From Raillietiella orientalis (taxonomy: Eukaryota), in NCBI GenBank assembly GCA_036172245.1, contig JAYWIR010000006.1:62001-126000 (forward strand): a stretch of DNA of 64,000 nucleotides, read 5' to 3'. This document shows, in pieces, positions 13,948 through 26,100 of this stretch (positions within the stretch are counted from its first letter, which is position 1; each line of letters opens with the position of its first letter). The position numbers were made by a program, and so were the translations under genes. The notes below the pieces were generated by a model that saw only the letters and a program-made list of their open reading frames with translations, was not told the DNA's origin and ran no database searches.

Positions 13948-14476
13948 GAGGTAGCGAATGTCCCACAGGACGTCGTCTTCCTCCCGTTCCGTTTCCAAGC
14001 CGACGAGCTGGACCTCGACGAAAGAGACTCGCTCGGAGCGCGGGGTGTTGGGCGGAGGTGGCGGAGGTGGTGCGTCGCGGCGGCGCTTCGTCCCCAAGCA
14101 CGGACAGATCCTCGAAAAGAAGCGTAGCAAGCGTTTGCCGAAGCGCATGGCTGGCTCGTCTTTCCCAAGGGGGGCTCAATCCGAATGGCAGTCAAGAATG
14201 GCGTCGCCCTGGAAACCACGCCTGGACCCTGCAGGCCCCGTGGCGCAGGCGCCGGCATACAGGTGCGCGTACGCGGGGCAGCAGCCAGCTGACCACCGAC
14301 CAGGAAGCACGTCTGGTGGCGGACGGTCTACCAGCGAACAGGAGCAAGGCTGAAAGAGGAGAAGGAAGCAACGGGTGCGGGGGGCAACTGGGGAGCTGAA
14401 CCATCCCTTTCTGGGCAATGCGGAAAAAGAGGAAGGTGTTGGCGGGCCGAAAGGCAATCGAGTCGCTGAAATGCAC
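13948..14476 (+). repeat. Direct copy of 1243-1756; 13948-14283 is also inverted relative to 11582-11917
   Basis: GAGGTAGCG...AGTCGCTGAAATGCAC is shared with 1243-1756, with a few more substitutions than between the other two copies. Confidence 0.96.
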
Positions 14477-15299
14477 GCAACGATGGCTTTGCATTGCCCT
14501 TTGCTTGGCGATTGAACGCAACAGCACGTCCAACTTTACGATTGCCGTGCAGGAAGTACACTCGGGGTGGGTCAAATGAGAATCGAGGAATCTGGCGTTT
14601 GGCTTGAAGGTGAAAAGGGAACGTTTGCAAGGTAGCGTTGCCTTGACCATGCGGCTTCGAGTGCTGTAAGAAATCATCCGGCGCATGCACTTCCTGCCCA
14701 ATTCTCGACTCTGCCGTTTATAGCTGCTGGAAGTGCTTTGCATGAACTTCGAGCTCCACGTTTTGCGAGCGACGTGTTGATGGTGCACGGAGGCGTCCAT
14801 TCATTTCAGCACTCCCGAGTGAATTGGGGAGACCTGTTTTTTGCAGATTCCTACTTTTTATTGAATCCCTGTTTCCATCGTGCTACGTTTGGGAGCACAA
14901 AAAGATAGAGGTGGCTCGTTTTTGCGTTTCCGTTTGGAGCTGCCTTTCGCCAAAGTCTGCTGCTGCTTTCTGTATGCCATTGGTATAGATGGAAATCCTC
15001 GGTACACTCGTGGTTGCGATGTTCGCATATGGGAGCGTCGTTCTTTCCGATGGGAAATGGGTCTTCTGTTGAGAATTGGAGTGTTGCGTTAATCTTTCTT
15101 TCTTGAGAAGTGCAGTCTTCGTGCGATTCCGAAGACCTGCACTTCGAACACGGTAGCGCCATTGACAGTAGCGTTCCGTGCGATGACCATTTCCTACTAT
15201 TTATGGCAACCAGTTGGGTCACCAGCCTACTGCTCTGCAGTGAACGTGCTTCTCGTGTCCCATGTGTTTTCGCGAGCAACACCTTACTCTACACTTTCG

Positions 15300-17900
15300 A
15301 TTCCCGACCACTTTATTCCCCTTTGCCGCTACCGCAGGTCGCACCTTTCCATGACTCGAGACGCCTGCACTTATCTGTGAGGACTCTTGCAGCCCAAATG
15401 TGTACGATTTCGGTGAAGGTCTTTGAAATGGACACAACAGCAGCCGGCAGCCCTCGTGACGTGTGCTGAAGGTGACCTTTTTCTGCTTTCTTTTTCTTTA
15501 TCCCTCATCCGTGTAAGTGTCGAAGATGGATGCAAAGAGTTTCCTATCGCGCACGTTGTTTCGGAAAACTGGCATTCGGTTTCTTTGGATTCCGTGGGCC
15601 TCAACCTTTCAGGAACTTCAAATGCTTCCCGTGACTCTCAGATTGTGGGCACTGCAAAGGTTCAAAAGTGCTGGGAGAACATAGACGGGGAAGGAAAGGA
15701 AGGAACCACGCTAGGAAGATATGTTCCTCTAATTGCAAAATGCCGTTTCCGTAGGGACCGTAGTTGGTTCGAAACGAAGTGCAAAAGATGCTTTGGGTGC
15801 CTGCTGGGGCTTTCGCATTTTCCCTATTCCCCATTCTCATCAAGTGTCGTCACTCACTGCTTTCCCATTCCGGCAAATTCGATATTTGAAAATTCCTTGC
15901 ATTTCTCCTCAGATTGCACGTCGAAAAACGCAGTACCGTCCACGACGACCAGAATCAACACGTGCGTCCATCTCATACAATCTGCTTTCTCTATATTGCG
16001 AATGGGAAACTTACGGTTTCGAAGATTTCTTCGACTCCGGATGCAACATGATTGGAGTGGAGATGGCAATCAGGCTGCTGCGACTCCATCTTGGGATGCT
16101 GATGGACCTTTTCGGTACGGGGAATAGGATTAGGAAGATGGTAAGTTTGGGGACTGGAGAGCATGGTGGTCGGTGATGCAAAGGCGTCCGTAGTGGCAAA
16201 GGTGCTGTTGCTGACTGTGGCACCCGTCGCTTTGTGTGAGAGTAAGATTCGAGAAAGCGTGCGATTGCGAAAGGGGAAGCAGGAGGTGAGGATGCAAGTT
16301 GTACAGGCGGCAAGTGGAGTGTGGAAGACTTCAGGAACAGGGGAATTGGGATTCAGTTGCTAAGGACCACAAATGTTTCCCAATTCGATCCTGGAATGAT
16401 GTCGCTGGAGTGGCGTGGAATGATTTCTTTCTTAAGGTTGAGTAGGGCTGGCATGCTTTGCACGTTCTTGAAGAGGAAGGATGCACACTTCCAAAGTGCC
16501 AGGTTTGTGAAGGGAAGATGCGGTTCTTTCTGCAGTTCAGAAACCTTCCTTGGAGGTGCGAATGTTTCGGGAGGAGAAATAAGAAGGGGTGTGAAAGAGG
16601 GGGAAGAGGAGAAATGGAAGAAGAGATTTAGGAGGGGAGGATGGAAACCCGTGCGCTTGCGACTCTTAAGAGACGGACCTGGTCTTCCTGATGTTCTTCG
16701 GCTCCCCGATTTTCCTGGAGGAACTTCCATTCTTGTACAGACATTTCCTTCTCAGCTTCAGTTAATTGCTTCAAAATCGATTAGGACAGTGGGTAGTGGC
16801 TTCAGTGAGCAGCAAGGTGCGTCCAAGAGTGATTTTTCGAACGTTGGATGCGCTCGCCGCTCGTGGTTCTGCCTTTAGTTTTGTGGGGTTTCCGCGCCTC
16901 GAGCTATCACGGACTGGAAGGAAGGTGCACCTGGTGAAAACAAGGAATCGACTATTTTGGAGAAGAGGATCCACTGGGTCCTGTTCTGGCTTAGTTTGCC
17001 TGAAGTCTTGACCGGTTCATCTAAGCATGGAGTCTCCAAGGAGATGGGCCACCTCGTTTCTCTTCCTCGAACGAAAGTCGAAGGTAGGGAGATGCATGGG
17101 AGTCTACCGGGAGTGTTTTTTTCGTGGGAAGAAAATGAGTTCCGTATTCTCTTTGAGCTCTTCCTCAGCAACCTCTCGGTAGCTCCCTAGAGTATGAGTT
17201 GCAAATGGTGGCGACATTAACCGAAGTCTCATCGCGCGACGCATTCTCATTGAGTTTCAGGGAATGTCTCGTCTCGACCTTTTTCCCGACATCCCATCCC
17301 AACGGGACTGGGATGCTCTCTTGTCGACTCCTTGGTGGTGTATACTGGACTCTCAGCGCCTTCGGGGGATGGGCCTTTAGTGTGCAGAAAGGGATGGAAG
17401 TTCTATTGAATTCTCCCTCTCCTTTTTTTCCTCATGAGTCTCCAGAGTTTCGATGTCTCTGTAAAGTCTTTCTTCTCTTCTCATTCCTCCTTCCCTTTAG
17501 TGTTCTTCCTTTGCTTTGCTTGCTCCCTGAGAACGGCGCTTCCAGGAAAAAATGCCGTCCACAAAGTGAGCGTCCGAGGAGACCAGTGGAGAGTGAGATC
17601 CGAGGAAGGGGAAGGCTAGGGCAGCCCAAAGTTCGAAGGACTCTCCGGAAGGCTACAGTTGTGCAAGGTAAGTTTTCGTTTTCAGGCAACTTAGCGCTCG
17701 GAGGGGAGGGGGAAGGAGAACCCAAGAGGTTTGGAATCGAGGTTTCCCCAAATCTTACCGTCTCGATCTATCTTCCAGTGAAGCTCCTTCCCCGAGTCCT
17801 TTCTGTTTCCATGGTCCCTTTTCTTTACGAGCTATCAAGAGAATTTAAGGAGGGTCGTATCACTCATACGGTTAGAGGCTAGTGGGTGCAGTTCCATCAC
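15300..17900 (-). mobile_element. Degenerate non-LTR retrotransposon (ORF1 plus APE endonuclease relic, possibly I/Jockey group)
   Basis: Pro/Ser-rich gag-like fragments (16.6-17.9 kb), then FKNVQSM...IIP...ET (endonuclease start) and a decayed GDLN/HH-like region near 16030-16075. Confidence 0.35.
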
Positions 17901-18889
17901 TCTATGGGTGCTGCTGGGTCGGTGTCTTGTGCGTGTCTCTTTCATTCTCTGGAAGATTCTGGTTTTGTTTTAGCATTCCGAGCGGTTGTCGTGGAAAGAA
18001 GACTTCCTCCTGAGACCTGCTCTCTATCGGCTCCACGTGAAGGACTCCATCCAGTTCCGCTGAATGAAACGTCCCTGAGCATACTTGCAACGCATCCAGT
18101 AATCAATTTTCAGTAATCATCAGGCAGCATTTCTGAATTAGTAAGGGAGACAGTAGAGAAGCCATGTGAACACGAATCCACAACGATATTTTTTTAGAAC
18201 AGTATTCTCGAAATTTTCCATAAGAAAGCAGACATTCTGATTGATGGCATATGATAGATTGCAAATAGATTTATTCTCAAGCTCATTCTCCAGAATTTTG
18301 AATTAATTAGTTCCACTTCATACCTGTGATCAGTGCTCCGTCATAGAGAATTTTCATGTGGATGTAAGAGAGAGACGATGAGAAAAGAGAACATGGATTA
18401 TTCCTTGAATACACGCAAAAAGGCGAAATTTGGAATTAAACAGTGCTGGACAAGATAATTTAAATAATCCTTAAATAATTCCTTACATAATGTAATAATT
18501 ATTTGCATACTTATGTTTGAACTATTTTTTGTGGATGAATTTTTCAAGTATATACATAAGTTTGATTTCACTTGGAAGCTGGGTTACATTGAAAAATATA
18601 CCACCGGTTCATTGTGAAAATCTGGCAACTCCGACTTTGGATTCTCTCTGAATGAGTAAACGCAGATGAAGCTCGCATGATTTTGGTGCCTCTTTTTAAA
18701 ATAACATCCACATTTAAAATTATTTAATAGAGCAAGGTAGAAGAAGGAAGATATAGAAAAAAATTTCACGTAATCAATAAAAAGAGCAGAAGAGAGAGAA
18801 AGGGGGAAAAAGGAATTGATAAAAAGAGAATCACTAGAAGAAATAAGTTTCATGACTCACAGGCGTACGTTATATATGTATGTGTCGAT

Positions 18890-18936
18890 GTCAACAGCAC
18901 ACTGGTCCCGAGGCAGTCACCCATCCAAGTACTAAA
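18890..18936 (-). pseudogene. 5S rRNA 3' fragment
   Basis: Reverse complement TTAGTACTTGGATGGGTGACTGCCTCGGGACCAGTGTGCTGTTGAC matches the box C region and 3' end of 5S. Confidence 0.85.
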
Positions 18937-21900
18937 CAGAATGAATCTATTTCTAGGAAACAAATATGCACAAGAGGATAGTCTTTTTCATGCCTCGTAG
19001 CTGGAGTAATTCAAAACGTGAGTTGTTTCATAATGTGTGGAAGGAAGGTATCAGCGAGCTGATCAGGTGTGCCCATGAATGGGATACTTCTGCAAACTTT
19101 CCTAAAACTATTTATGTGTTTTTTCTTTTTTACTTCAAGATTTCGTGCTTCCAAATGCATAGATAAATTTTCGGATACCATGAAAATTGAAAACTGACAG
19201 TTGCAACATTCAAGTTAAATGTGTTTAAACGTGCACGTTTCAGTCTTTGAAATGTGAACCAGTACTGATGATCGATATGGTTAGTTAGTTTCTGTTAATA
19301 TTGTTTGGTTATACACTGATGAAACATTTGCTTTTCATTCTCTAATGCACAGTTTCATTGCAAATGGGTGTCCAGTATGTTGCAGCAAATCGATTTAAAA
19401 TGAGTAACATCATTCATTGTTCTCAAAGTAGTATTTATCATTCTTTTCATTAACCATGCAACAGTTATGATTATAGCCGCATTGTCTCGTTTTTTTTTTC
19501 ATTTGGATCATAGAGTATATTTAGAAACATCAAAAAGAAAATCTCTGGTTAATGTCAGGATTTTCGTGTAATTATTTCACATTAAATTGTATTTATGAAA
19601 CAACGTGCAAATAAAGAGTTGTAACATGGAAATAATAAGAAAACTATAGGTTTATGTACTGACTGTTTTTGCAGCCACTGTAGTTGAGGTAGTGCTGTGG
19701 CTTTGATGTACAATTTTACAGATTATGCTATTACACCACTAGGCAGGCAGCTTTATCAGCTGAGTGTAGCAGTCATGTTACCTTCCGAACATTTGGCATC
19801 CTAACCATGCCCTTGCGTCTTGTCCCACACAGAAAGTATTTTTTTACAGATGTGTGGGGAGTGGATTAGGGATGAACAGGCTGGACTGCATGCTTGAACA
19901 GCTGCAGCCCCATGTAGTTTGAAACAAAGAATTACAGCCATCTTGCCAAGGGAATGTAGCTTCAATTTCCTTTCAAGACCAAGTTTCTACACCTATAAGT
20001 TTTGTAGTAAAATGCATTAATTGTGTAATTACGATAAGTCTGAATATGCAGCTCCCATTCTCCGAATTTCCTTGGGAATTGTTCCATGCAACTGGCCTTG
20101 ATGTTACTGTTGCATCTCCTGTGTTCAAGTTGTCTATCTGCTGACTTACTGTTTACCAGCTCATTGAATTCCTGAAATCATTATTTTCGTATTCTCTGAT
20201 TGTCAGGGTGGGCCTCCTTTGTATGGAACTTTCTTTTCTTTTGCAAATATGCACTGATGTGCCTTTCTGTGAGTGGCTGGTGTACTTAGCTGCTGTCTGC
20301 ATCACTACTAATCATGTGAACATGAACTGTGAAGCAACCTTTAGATAAGATCTATGTCCCCCATGTTTTTGTGACCTGGTACCATATTGGGTCTCACTGT
20401 GAGGGCATCATGCATGGTGAATACATGATGTGCTTACACTAAAACCTCTTTCTCTGCACCTCTGCATTCTGGATAGCTGAACATCATGTCAAAATGGAAG
20501 GAGTTGTTACCTGTCATTGGCTCATTCTGAAGTATCATCTTTCTGTTTTCTCAATTTGGGTATGCTCCTTCCAAGACTGTTGAGTGGAGAAACTGAAGTC
20601 CATTTCTAATGCCTAGCTGCTCAGCAGGAGTGAGGAAGCCTTCCAAAGGAATTGTTAATCAGGATGCTCAATAGATGGCTATATTGAATCACAGACTTTT
20701 TGTAAAATGTGCCAATAAAATATTCTTGGCCCACCCGGCTATGCCAAGTACCACCTTTTTCTTTGATGTCTTCATTCTGATATGGCTGTTGAGACCCCTT
20801 TTATGATCAAAGTGTTTGCACCACCCAAGTTGTCTTCTGTCATATCTGATGTGACCACTTTCAAAAGAATTCACCCTTTAGTACCAGGGCAAAGTTTTGA
20901 GGCAAATTCTAATTGGAATCTTAGATATCCTACAATCTTGTATATAAAAAATACCGAACGGATGCTCCGCATGTAGGTGACTATGAAGAATTGTTGCGCA
21001 ATCCTTAGAACCCACTAAACGGGGAAGAATCTTAATGCAGTCCCTAGAATTCTCAACTTTGTGAGGCCAGTAATCTTTGTAAGGGGGGCAAAAGGTAGCT
21101 ACGAGTACCCTTTTCCTTCGTGCCCTGCGTATGCTCTGCGACAGGTAGTTGAACAATGCTCCTAAAGGATGGGAATCCCTAGGGGGCATCGTCTCACTCC
21201 CCGTAGTAGATTCCTGGGGAAGAATCTACTGCAGGAAAAACAGTAACGAAAACAAAGACCAGAAAGGCCGTGGAAAAAGTTCAGAACAAGATCAGAAGAG
21301 AACAGCTGCAAATGAAAAGTGAAATCAAAAAATGCTACCGAAGAAGGCATCAATACACCAAAACTAAGAGACCAATGGGCGTTGGCAATGAAGGAGAGTC
21401 AAGCACACCTCAGCAAAAAGATCAAGGCTAATCTGTTGACTTTCTGCCTAAAGAAAGCAGAAGAAACACAGGAATGCGCCATGAGATGAAATGGGAAAGA
21501 TACAAGAATCACAAAGGAACGGAGAGATTGACTCCCAAGGCTTAGAGGCCTATTGCATAGGTCAAAGGTTGCGCTCGTTCTGAACAGAGACCGAGAGAGT
21601 GCACGCGATACCTCTCACACAATTTAGTCAATTTCGCTTCTCTGTAATGAAGAATGCAGCTTTCTTCGGAAGTGTGTTCAGCCCCTCGCAGTTTGGTCTT
21701 GTAAACAATTTACAAAGTAAAGGTCCCACGATAGATGTTCCTGATGCAGTTACGTAGATTTCTTAGATCAGTGTTTTTGAAACGTCACACTCTCTGTATT
21801 CTCCATCAAGCTCTGCTGAGGCAGTGGAAAACGAGCATGAACTGTGTTCTTTTCGCACGAGTACTCAGTTTTTGTGAGTGACTATGTTTTCTTGTTAGGT

Positions 21901-23989
21901 GTTTCTCGCGAGAAGTGGTATTACCAATGACCTTGCCAAATTGAGAGCGCTAGTTCAAGGAGCTATCGAAGAGACAATCTAATGGTTCCTCCACGGAAAA
22001 TTCCTCTTGAGAGATGTTTCTCGATAACTAATGCACACAAAAGAAAAGTAGGCGTAGCGTAAAAAGCTACGCGAAGTAGGAAACGGTTTCATCTGACTTT
22101 AAAAGCAAAAAAGAGAAAGACAAAGAGTGCAAATTACGGCAGTAAAAGCTTTGAAATCCCGTGTTGGTTGAAGTCGAGAGGGAATGAGAGAGACAGTCGA
22201 AAGAAGAGAGATGCACGAACGGACATCGGAGGGGAGAAAAAATATATAAATGAAAAAATTGCAGTGTTGCGATTCTATGGGTTGTGGTGGCAGACTGCTG
22301 GTATTTCGCAGAGAAAATGCATGAACATGTCCTCCTCTCGAGATGGTAATCTACAGCTCGAGAGACTTGAAGCGCTGTTGACTGATGGTTAAACGTGTTC
22401 TGGCCTTGTGCACACACCGATACGTGGTGGAACTCGGTTCACTCCTGCATGAACCCCGGCTGTTGCGTTGGGCTGGGTGTCGTCTGCAGCATTATATCCT
22501 CTTTTCTTTAAACCAGTTCTAAGGTTGAATTAGAGCAGCGACTGAAGTCCTCGCGTCCAAGGAAACCATTTGCCAACCAAAGTTGGCCATGGAGCCGTGC
22601 ACAGAAACTTCTATCTAAAAGTTGTGTGTGTGTTTTACCTGCTCCTGTATTCTGTGGGTGCAATCGTATGAAGCAACTGTGAATTTACTGGTACTCTCAG
22701 TTTCAATGTTCAGGTGAACATCATAATAGCAGTGATGTCTCGTTCCGATCTGTATGTTCAACCTGAACGAGATCTTCGTCGCCTCATCTCTATTTAAAGT
22801 CATGGAAAAAGAGAAAGATTCTGTTAGAAATAACATTCATCATCCCCTTAGTAATAGAACATATCTCGAGGTTTTCAAGAGGCTTTCCGAGAGACCTTTG
22901 GTGGGGCACACATCCAATGATCATCACGTTTTGCAGAACTTTGTTTTTCTTAGAGTACAAGAACAGTAATGTTAGTTCCCCTTCTTGAAAATTCTAAAAG
23001 AACGAGACGATGACAAGACGAAGAGCAAGATTGCCATTAGTCGCGGACTAAACTGTAGTTATTGGAAAGGGAAACAGTATCTTTCTCTGTTCATCATCAG
23101 GAAGCAATTTGTATTTCCGTTTCTTCACCTATCATCATCATTCTGTCGTCACTGAAACTGTGAAGATTACCAGGGAAGGCAGGAACTGGATACTTCAAAT
23201 ATGATGTTATGATGGTTCCTTATTTAAACGAACCAGAAATATCCGTTTGGAACCGCTTCCTCAAGGGAAGAATGGGGACTTTGTTTTGCACACGAAAGAT
23301 CCACGTCTAATCTGTTTGCATGATCGTCAGATGGCCCGAGGTGAGGTCGCTAAAAGATAAGAAAAAATTCCATTGCTTATGACAGCGCTGCTGATGCGCT
23401 CCGAGATGCAAGGCGGAAGCAAGTTGCAGTCGCACTTCGCAAAGAAAGTGCGAAGTCTTCCTTCAGATTATTGCAACTTATTTTTTCTTGCTTGACTTCT
23501 TGAGATGAGCGTTGACGGATCGAGGAAACGTGATCTCGCATAACTTCTCTCTGTGCTGGTTTCCGGGCGCTTTCTTCTTGTTTCCCCTCTCCTGTTCATG
23601 CTGCGGCTAGCAGGGAACTTTGCATTGGAGCATTCCTTTGCATTTCTAGAGAGCGAAGTTCCAGATGGGAACAGTGAGCCAACCGAGTTGTCGATTTCAG
23701 GAACAGCTTGTTTACTTGGGGCTGAGGGGTTCAGGAGAAGAACAAGGCGACAACATCCGTTTATTAGCCTGGAGGAAGATCAATGTTTAAGATGTTGGAT
23801 GCAAGTTAGAAAGTGAAAGGTCGGTAGCGGTTCGTTCGTCGTCACGAGTTCTCGGGGCCCGAGCAGGAAGCCAGCAGCTTTCAGAAACCTGCTCCGCAGT
23901 CTGGGGAGATCGAAGAGTTCGGCATGCAGCAATTCATCTGGGAATGGACTCTTCCCTCGGGACATAACGGTCAAAAAATCAAAAGTGAA

Positions 23990-24640
23990 TCGACACAGTG
24001 AGTCGTGGGTTCGAGTTCCTTCCGCGAGATGACGCTAGTTGGTCTACATTCATTTGGGTGCAGCACTGGTTGCAGTTCAAACCGGATGCCCCGATGAGGG
24101 CCGGGACAGTGGGAGCTGACTTCCGGATCCTTCCAGGAATCAAGGAGTGGGAGTTTCCCTCGGGTTGTGAAGGAGCGGGTCTCCCATTCAGGGGGGACCC
24201 TCCGCGTCGTACCGATGAAGTAGGTGTGTAGCCACCTCTCGAGAGAGTGCAGGGGAGTGTGTACCGCTCCTTTCTTAGAAATTTCGGAAGCGTCCCTCCA
24301 GAGTACTCTTCAGAGGAGTAAACAGGAGCGGTTTCTTTGTGGGGGATCCCGCCAGAGAGAATAAGGAAGGAGGGGACTCCGGAATAAGGAAAGACTTTCG
24401 GGTTCCTTTCGGAGACAACCAGGGCGGAGGTGATCTCCATTCCGGGGATCCCTCCCCAGGTGCGAGAGGAACGGACTCCGAGTCCTTCTTGGATTCATAG
24501 GGTGGTCCCCTATCGGAGTACCCCTATCCCGAAGAATTACACGCACCCTCGGGTGGTGTGGAACAGCGTTAAAGCGCTGCGTGAGCCACCAGGCGCGCAA
24601 CGGCTCTCGAGCTACTCAGCGAACCAAAAAAAAAAAAAAA
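23990..24640 (+). mobile_element. tRNA-headed SINE-like element, copy 1 (head partly missing)
   Basis: B box GGTTCGAGTTCC near 24007, conserved core TCCTTCCAGGAATCAAGGAG, 3' motif CACGCACCCTCGGGTGGTGTGGAACAGCGTTAAAG, and an A-run at 24626-24640. Confidence 0.75.
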
Positions 24641-24939
24641 CTGGAAGGCACCATCAATAGAGGTTGAGATTAAGAGAGCGGGAAAATTGCTAATTCAGGA
24701 ACAACCGCTGCTGGATCGTTTCCACCTTCGAGATTGGCGACGAGTCTATGGCGCTTCTCTGTAAAAATGCTAGAACCACGTCTTGGGAGGAACCAGGGAT
24801 CCACTGCCGGATTTGGGGAGAGCAGCATGCATCCCCCTCCAGCGCGTTTCCTGGATATGTGTCTAAAATTTTTCATTTTATGTTTAGGGGTTGAAGAGAT
24901 AGATATCATGATGATTATGACGCGTTGGTGAGGCTTGCC

Positions 24940-25440
24940 GTGCAACTCCACTGGCAGTGAAGACTCGATGGCCCCAAGGCGGCAAGCAATACCAACCTGC
25001 AAGTGTCATCGAGAGATCGTCAACCATGGCAACGCTGATGCCAGCTCGTTCTGTCGCAGCCTCGGATTTCCGACGAGGAAACTCCTCCTTCTGCACCAAG
25101 CCCTGCAGCAGCATTCGCGCGGCGTGCTCACTCGCCAGATTGGATGCACCCCCCGCTGTCAGTGTGTGGGTCATCGCGTGCTTTCGCGACGCAGCACGAG
25201 CTCGACGAATCGAACATTCGCATCTCCCAGGAAACACCAAGTCACCGAATCCGACGGTGATATTCGGGTCCCTCACAGTTTCGCGTGCAAGAAGGAAATT
25301 TCCCCCCTGCCCTCCTCCAAGAGGGAAAGAGACACCTCCCTTCCTCGTCCCTTCTCATCCGGTTTCGCTTCAAGGGCCCCAAAAGCAGAGCGGCTTCCTA
25401 GGACGGCTGATGAAAGAGCGACGCGTTCAGTCCGCTTTGG
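24940..25440 (+). mobile_element. Tc1/mariner transposase relic (DDE domain)
   Basis: Ordered decayed motifs: RWPQGGKQYQPASVIER (cf. RRPGERYxPxCV), LQQHSRGVLTRQ (cf. FQQDNAxxH), LPGNTKSPNPTVIFGSL (cf. WPxxSPDLNPIENxW), MKERRVQSALEA (cf. SMPRRxxAVI). Confidence 0.55.
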
Positions 25441-26100
25441 AGGCCGTGCGGCTGCGGCCGTTGGTACCAAACGTCGCCGGTTCGAATCCCTTACAGGGGG
25501 AGGAGAACCAGCGGCGAGAATGGGGGGTGCCTCATGGGTGTCGAGTTCCCCCCGCAGCGGACGACGACGTTTGTTGGCCGACAGGTTGAGGGGATGGCAC
25601 CGGATCCCTCGTTGACTGGAGGCGACTGGACCCTCCGGGGCCCTTCGAGAAACCAAGGAGCGCTGGTTATCTTTGGGACTCCCTTCCAATTGTGAAAATG
25701 GAGCCGGTTGTTCGACTCCATTCTCACGTGTGCTGCGGAACAGTTGACACCGCCCTGGGGGGTTTGCCTCTCCAGAGTGTAAGAAGCACGCTGCTCCCTT
25801 CGGGGTTGCCTCCGGAGAAGAAGTTTCAGGAACCGATCCTTTCCGGATTCCCTTTGGAGAAGAAACGATGACCGGCCCCCTCCGGGGGCTCCCTCTGGAG
25901 AGAATAAGGAAGAGATTCTCTTCGGGGTTCCCTCCAAAGCGTAAGAGGAACAAAATCCTTCCTCCGGAGCCTTCCTGAGTTCACAGTGTGGTTCCTTCTG
26001 GGGCACCCATTAACTTGAGAGTCACACGCACCCTCGGGTGGCGTGGACAGTTTGTTAAAGACCATCATGAGCCCCCCTAAGGAGGCGGACGGTTTTTTAT
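25436..26100 (+). mobile_element. tRNA-headed SINE-like element, copy 2
   Basis: B box GGTTCGAATCCC at 25479-25490, shared core, about five internal ~40-bp units, and the shared 3' hairpin motif. Confidence 0.8.

Noticed and set aside
24565..24590. SINE 3' end (TTAAAG..CGTGAGCC) as derived from the LINE terminus (ATAAAC..CGTGACC)
   Set aside because: The resemblance is too short to claim a SINE-LINE partnership without consensus sequences.
25436..25500. Functional tRNA genes at the GGTTCGAATCC-like motifs
   Set aside because: No complete cloverleaf can be drawn, and each motif heads the same long repeat body, so they are treated as SINE heads.
25765..25980. CRISPR-like appearance of the ~40-bp periodic units
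   Set aside because: The units are degenerate tandem repeats without unique spacers, there are no cas genes, and the context is eukaryotic.
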